Assembly (NCBI GenBank): GCA_951812625.1
Contig: CATOSP010000002.1
Span: forward strand, 720,880-784,879
Length of the DNA stretch: 64,000 bases
Origin: an uncultured Dehalococcoidia bacterium
Lineage (GTDB): Bacteria; Chloroflexota; Dehalococcoidia; Lucifugimonadales; UBA3495
Direction of reading: 5' to 3'
Shown: piece by piece, positions 61,301-64,000 of the stretch
Layout: the number at the start of each line of letters is the position of its first letter
How positions within the stretch are numbered: position 1 is the stretch's first letter
Translations under genes and position numbers: made by a program
The notes under the pieces: model-generated
Told to the model about the DNA's origin: nothing
Seen by the model: the letters and a program-made list of their open reading frames with translations, nothing else
Database searches by the model: none

Positions 61301-64000
61301 GGACTGGCGTGTACGAGGCCGATGTGGCCCCATTGATGTTGGTATATGTGCCCTGGGCCGTATTGGAACTGGCCCACTGCCAGGTGATGCCGGACAGACC
61401 TCCGTCTGGGTCTTCCAGGGTGGCGGTCAGCGCAGTATCAACGAAGGGTTGGTCCTCCGACAGGGTTACCGCTCCAGCCTCCTCCACGTTCGTGATCTGG
61501 ATGGTCACCGAAATCGAGGCATCGGCAGCCGTATCAGGATTGCCTCTCGAGTTCTTGCTGTCACGGACCGATACAGTGACGGAATGCCTGCTCTTGGCCT
61601 CGTAGTCCAGCGTAGCCTTGGTCCGCAACTGTCCCGAAGTCGTCACAATGTCGAAGTTTGCAGCATCCCTGCCACCCAGGGAGTAGGTCAGCGTGTCGAT
61701 ACTGTTCGGGTCGCTCGCAGATATTGGGTCTCCGATGTTTTCACCCGCCCCCGTGTTCTCGGCAACCTCGCGGGTCTGAGTCCCAGAAGACGTGAACGAC
61801 GGCGGGCGGTTAGGCCCAGCCACGACGGCATGGGAGGATATCCCATTTGCGTTCTTGCCGGTTCCCTCTCCATCGGTGTAGGTCGCCGTGGCGCGCAGGT
61901 ACCTCTCAAAGTCATCGGCGCGCGGAGTGTAGGAGGCTGATACGGCTCCAGAGATTGTGGTCCACGTGTCCTTGTCGAGGGAACGCTCCCACGTCCACAT
62001 CTCGTTGGAAATGTTGCCGTCAGGGTCATCGACCCTGGCTGCAACCGCGTTATCGAGCTGCGGTCTGATGGGTGACAGGATGACCGTACCGTCCTCGTCG
62101 ACGTTGTTAACGACGATATGCACCGTAACGGTGTCAGAACGGCTTGTCGTGTCTGTAGCGATTACCTCCACCGTATACCTGTCCTTGTCCTCAAAGTTCA
62201 GCGCGGCATACGTCAGTAACTGTCCGGATGACCGGTCAATGCGGAAGGACGACGCATCCGTCCCTCGCAGTGTATAGGCAAGCGTATCGTTGGTGTCCTG
62301 GTCGGTGGCTGTGACAGGAGGACCGACGTTCTCGCCTCTCTGGGTGTTCTCATCGACATTCCGCGTAACCGAATCGTCAGCGAAGACCGGGTTCTCATCA
62401 ACGTTGGTAACGGTGATGGTCACCGTGATCGTGTCAGAATCGAGTGACGGGTCCTTCGCCTTTACCGTAACCGTGTAGGAGCCCTTGGTCTCAAAGTCCA
62501 GCGCGGCCTTGGTCTGCAACTGCCCGGTCTCTGGAACGATGCTGAAAGACGCGGCATCCGTCCCTTCCAGAGAGTAAGTCAGGGGGTCAGTATCGTCATC
62601 AGTGGCCGTGACCGGCGCGCCGATGTTCTGCCCCGCCGTCGTGTTCTCCGCGATGGTGCGCTGGGCCGTTGCCGTGGCGAACACCGGGGCCACGTTGCTC
62701 GCCGGCGCTGCCTCAACCTTGGCAGTCTGCGCCTGGACTCTCTTGCCGGACCCTTCCCCATCTGTATAGGTGACAGTGACTCTCAGGTGATTCTCATAGT
62801 CACTGTCGAGGGGTACATAGGTGCCTGTCGTAGCCCCGTCAATGTCGCTCCAGGTACCGTTCCCCGAAATCTCCCACTGCCAGCTCTGATAGGACTGGAT
62901 AATATCGTCGTCGACCAGGGTGGCAACCAGCCCGGTGCGGGCCTGGGGCTGCACCGATGAGAAAATGATCCTCCCGGGCTCCTCCACGTTGGTGACGGTG
63001 ACGGTAACGTCCAACTCATCGGACAGATGCCCGTCCGAAGCTATCACGGTCACCTCGTAATCGTTGCTGGTGTCCTTGTCCGCCGGGTCCTCGAAGTTGG
63101 GCGACGCCCTGAACCTCAGCACTCCGCCCGTTATGGAAAAGAATGCGCCATCATCCCCTCCCAGAGACCAGATGATGCTCTGGGTCTCCGGGTCGGTGGC
63201 AGTGTATGTCGCCACATCCCCGGTGCCGTTCTCCGCGTAGTCCTTAGTGGCTGGTCCAGCAGTAATCTCTGGCGCCTCGTTGGCCCCTGTTACCGTGATC
63301 GTAACCGTTATGGTGTTGTCTACCACAGGGTTGGGAGTGTCGGGAGTTCCGTCATCACCCTTGCTGTCGCTGACCGACACCGTAACCGTATAGGTGTCAT
63401 TGTCCTCATGGTCCAGTGTCACGCCGGTAGCCAGCTTAATCTGCCCGGTGCCGGTGTCGAGCATGAAGGACGCCGAGTCCGTACCATCCAGAGAGTAGGT
63501 AAGGCTATCCTCCTCCGGATCGGTCGCGTTGATCGGAGCGCCGATGGCCATTCCATCTGCAATGTTTTCGGCGATACTGCGGGCCGCAGTTGCCCCCTCG
63601 TCAAACTCCGGCTTTTCGTTGACGTTTGTCAGGTTGATGGTCACCGGCTTGGTGGCGGTTCCGCCTTTGCTGTCATCAGCTTTGACCGTAACCGAGTAGC
63701 TGGACTTGGCTTCGTAGTTATAGGTCACGTCCGCCTTGGTTTGTATCTGGCCGGAGGTGGAAACGATCTTGAAGGAATCCTTGTCCGTACCCTCCAGGGT
63801 GTAGGTCAGCGAATCGCCCGTATCCGTATCAGTGGCCGTAACCGCGGTGCCAACATTGGTATCCGCCGGTGAGTTTTCAGCAACCTCACGGGTCACGGCC
63901 CCGTCGGCGAATGTCGGCGCGTCGTTAGCGTCAGTGACTGTGATGGTTACAGTTTTTTCGTCATCTACGGTCGTGTCGTTATTCCCAGCAGCGTCCTTGC
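58392..64000 (-). CDS. giant cadherin/FN3 surface adhesin with C-terminal membrane anchor; 5' end lies beyond the window
   Basis: The minus-strand frame is open from 64000 to the stop at 58392; the listed Met at 63896 is internal. Cadherin repeats (REVAENSPADTNVGTAVTATDTDTGDSLTYTLEGTDKDSFKI...) alternate with ~95-aa modules ending in the Y(T/V)D..G.GK motif. There is one FN3 domain (PGKPDAPTVTSAP...YNLQYREGTSGSW...VQATNDEGSGSWS), a Gly-run, an Ig-like module, Cys-containing short repeats and a final TM helix (VATAVLAALALLLIFLLG). Confidence 0.9.
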   Translation of the reverse strand, partial: KDAAGNNDTTVDDEKTVTITVTDANDAPTFADGAVTREVAENSPADTNVGTAVTATDTDTGDSLTYTLEGTDKDSFKIVSTSGQIQTKADVTYNYEAKSSYSVTVKADDSKGGTATKPVTINLTNVNEKPEFDEGATAARSIAENIADGMAIGAPINATDPEEDSLTYSLDGTDSASFMLDTGTGQIKLATGVTLDHEDNDTYTVTVSVSDSKGDDGTPDTPNPVVDNTITVTITVTGANEAPEITAGPATKDYAENGTGDVATYTATDPETQSIIWSLGGDDGAFFSITGGVLRFRASPNFEDPADKDTSNDYEVTVIASDGHLSDELDVTVTVTNVEEPGRIIFSSVQPQARTGLVATLVDDDIIQSYQSWQWEISGNGTWSDIDGATTGTYVPLDSDYENHLRVTVTYTDGEGSGKRVQAQTAKVEAAPASNVAPVFATATAQRTIAENTTAGQNIGAPVTATDDDTDPLTYSLEGTDAASFSIVPETGQLQTKAALDFETKGSYTVTVKAKDPSLDSDTITVTITVTNVDENPVFADDSVTRNVDENTQRGENVGPPVTATDQDTNDTLAYTLRGTDASSFRIDRSSGQLLTYAALNFEDKDRYTVEVIATDTTSRSDTVTVHIVVNNVDEDGTVILSPIRPQLDNAVAARVDDPDGNISNEMWTWERSLDKDTWTTISGAVSASYTPRADDFERYLRATATYTDGEGTGKNANGISSHAVVAGPNRPPSFTSSGTQTREVAENTGAGENIGDPISASDPNSIDTLTYSLGGRDAANFDIVTTSGQLRTKATLDYEAKSRHSVTVSVRDSKNSRGNPDTAADASISVTIQITNVEEAGAVTLSEDQPFVDTALTATLEDPDGGLSGITWQWASSNTAQGTYTNINGATSASYTPVPGDVDKFLRATAAYTDRLGSGKSANAVSANAVKQPNRTPEFPDQDSNTPGVQTAQTRTVDENTSAGVDIGDPVAATDQDTSDVLTYSLGGTDAASFAFVTTSGQLQTKAALDYETKNSYTVTVTATDQSDASATITVTISVNDLDEAGVVTLSSEWPRVGAPFTATLDEPDVPVTGVTWVWESSSNKNTWTPISATSATYTPVAADVGNYLRATVSYTDKFASGKSAQAVSVNIVAVNTDPAFPDQDPNTPGIQGDQTREVGENTPSGRNIGAPVAANDPDNGDSLTYTLGGTDAASFGIVASSGQLQTGAALDFEAKDTYTVTVTATDTASASDTITVTITVTDVNEPPGKPDAPTVTSAPTNGHNTLSVSWSAPTNTGPDITGYNLQYREGTSGSWTNGPQGVTGTSAQISGLNPSTEHDVQVQATNDEGSGSWSEPGSGSTGSSVDSRVGPPLVPQTPVVDNKAAGGGGGGFYGGGGGAVPLPSLNTPALGLRPGTLSFSAAKDGENPADLWMAVWNREIGGMDFEVSGDEDWLSLSPVSGASNGPANKKLIRVSADISGLEVGSYTATIEVSGSTASNSPQEISVSLTVTEPVTSDDSDEDSDDLPTIIETDDGMIRVVIQPDSASGIIDVEVERLEDDDPGSSPPDQEGVVLAGEVDSPSDSGENPQPTNYSPDAEIWMRLTEDQKSECESGGAKVYRVDGETWNVLERRCETDNDGNVWAVSTMTHFGDYAMTLPDSTEDSSITEVRETNTGITATNVAWRSWLPDLPLPERMPCRLLVISDLPLPGMESCQLLVVPDLPPQDPSSPEEEACPLPIATEQTSPDTESCQSPVVSVQPTPEEESCQQVANLQESRSKSGASTPKCIIKATSVVSASVPFPTPAFGQGMSLDDGSDPQPTQTPASEAEASEGTEVVTTAPAPLLSENRGTWIPHYVATAVLAALALLLIFLLGDYRRRWPQPVEP

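Overview
This is a 64-kb, gene-dense, high-G+C (by eye) prokaryotic window. I see no rRNA, tRNA or CRISPR array. It reads as four blocks.

(1) 1-31.2 kb holds two plus-strand, translationally coupled operons separated by one AT-rich gap (11.9-12.05 kb). Operon A encodes membrane proteins and two large cadherin/FN3 surface proteins. Operon B encodes small soluble and membrane proteins, a polytopic membrane protein with a duplicated 7-Cys module, and a 2104-aa orphan giant protein. It also encodes a 2551-aa N6-adenine-methyltransferase plus SF2/SNF2-type helicase 'polyvalent' giant protein (phage P1 DarB-like architecture), a cyclophilin PPIase, a Walker A/B P-loop NTPase and a tiny zinc ribbon. 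The two giant proteins are otherwise unrelated but share a ~85-aa C-terminal module ending in an almost identical basic tail (RTTADRFMRTRK). I consider this the most interesting signal: a candidate common targeting/translocation signal inside what looks like an undescribed DNA-transfer or effector-delivery module.

(2) 31.3-41.2 kb is a visibly lower-G+C accessory island. It holds small membrane proteins, three unknown genes (one with three perfect 123-bp tandem repeats and a T8 tract), a twice-frameshifted type IIG (MmeI-like) restriction-modification gene and a secreted Cys-repeat protein.

(3) 41.7-51.1 kb is a mobile-element graveyard. It contains a decayed large serine recombinase and a 4971-bp ISAs1-type element (CAGGG-ended inverted repeats, perfect 10-bp target duplication) carrying a 1251-aa nine-CARDB-module passenger gene. 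It also contains an IS630-family IS flanked by TA, a YbaK-type deacylase gene, and a second truncated copy of the recombinase 3' end that preserves the uninterrupted ISAs1 target site.

(4) 51.2-64 kb holds SDR-like and LLM-type oxidoreductases, a Bfd-like ferredoxin, a 990-aa plant-type LRR/cadherin 'eukaryote-like' protein and a >1860-aa cadherin/FN3 adhesin that runs off the window.

Several genes are interrupted by single-base frame changes. Assembly indel error versus real pseudogenisation must be resolved before functional claims are made.
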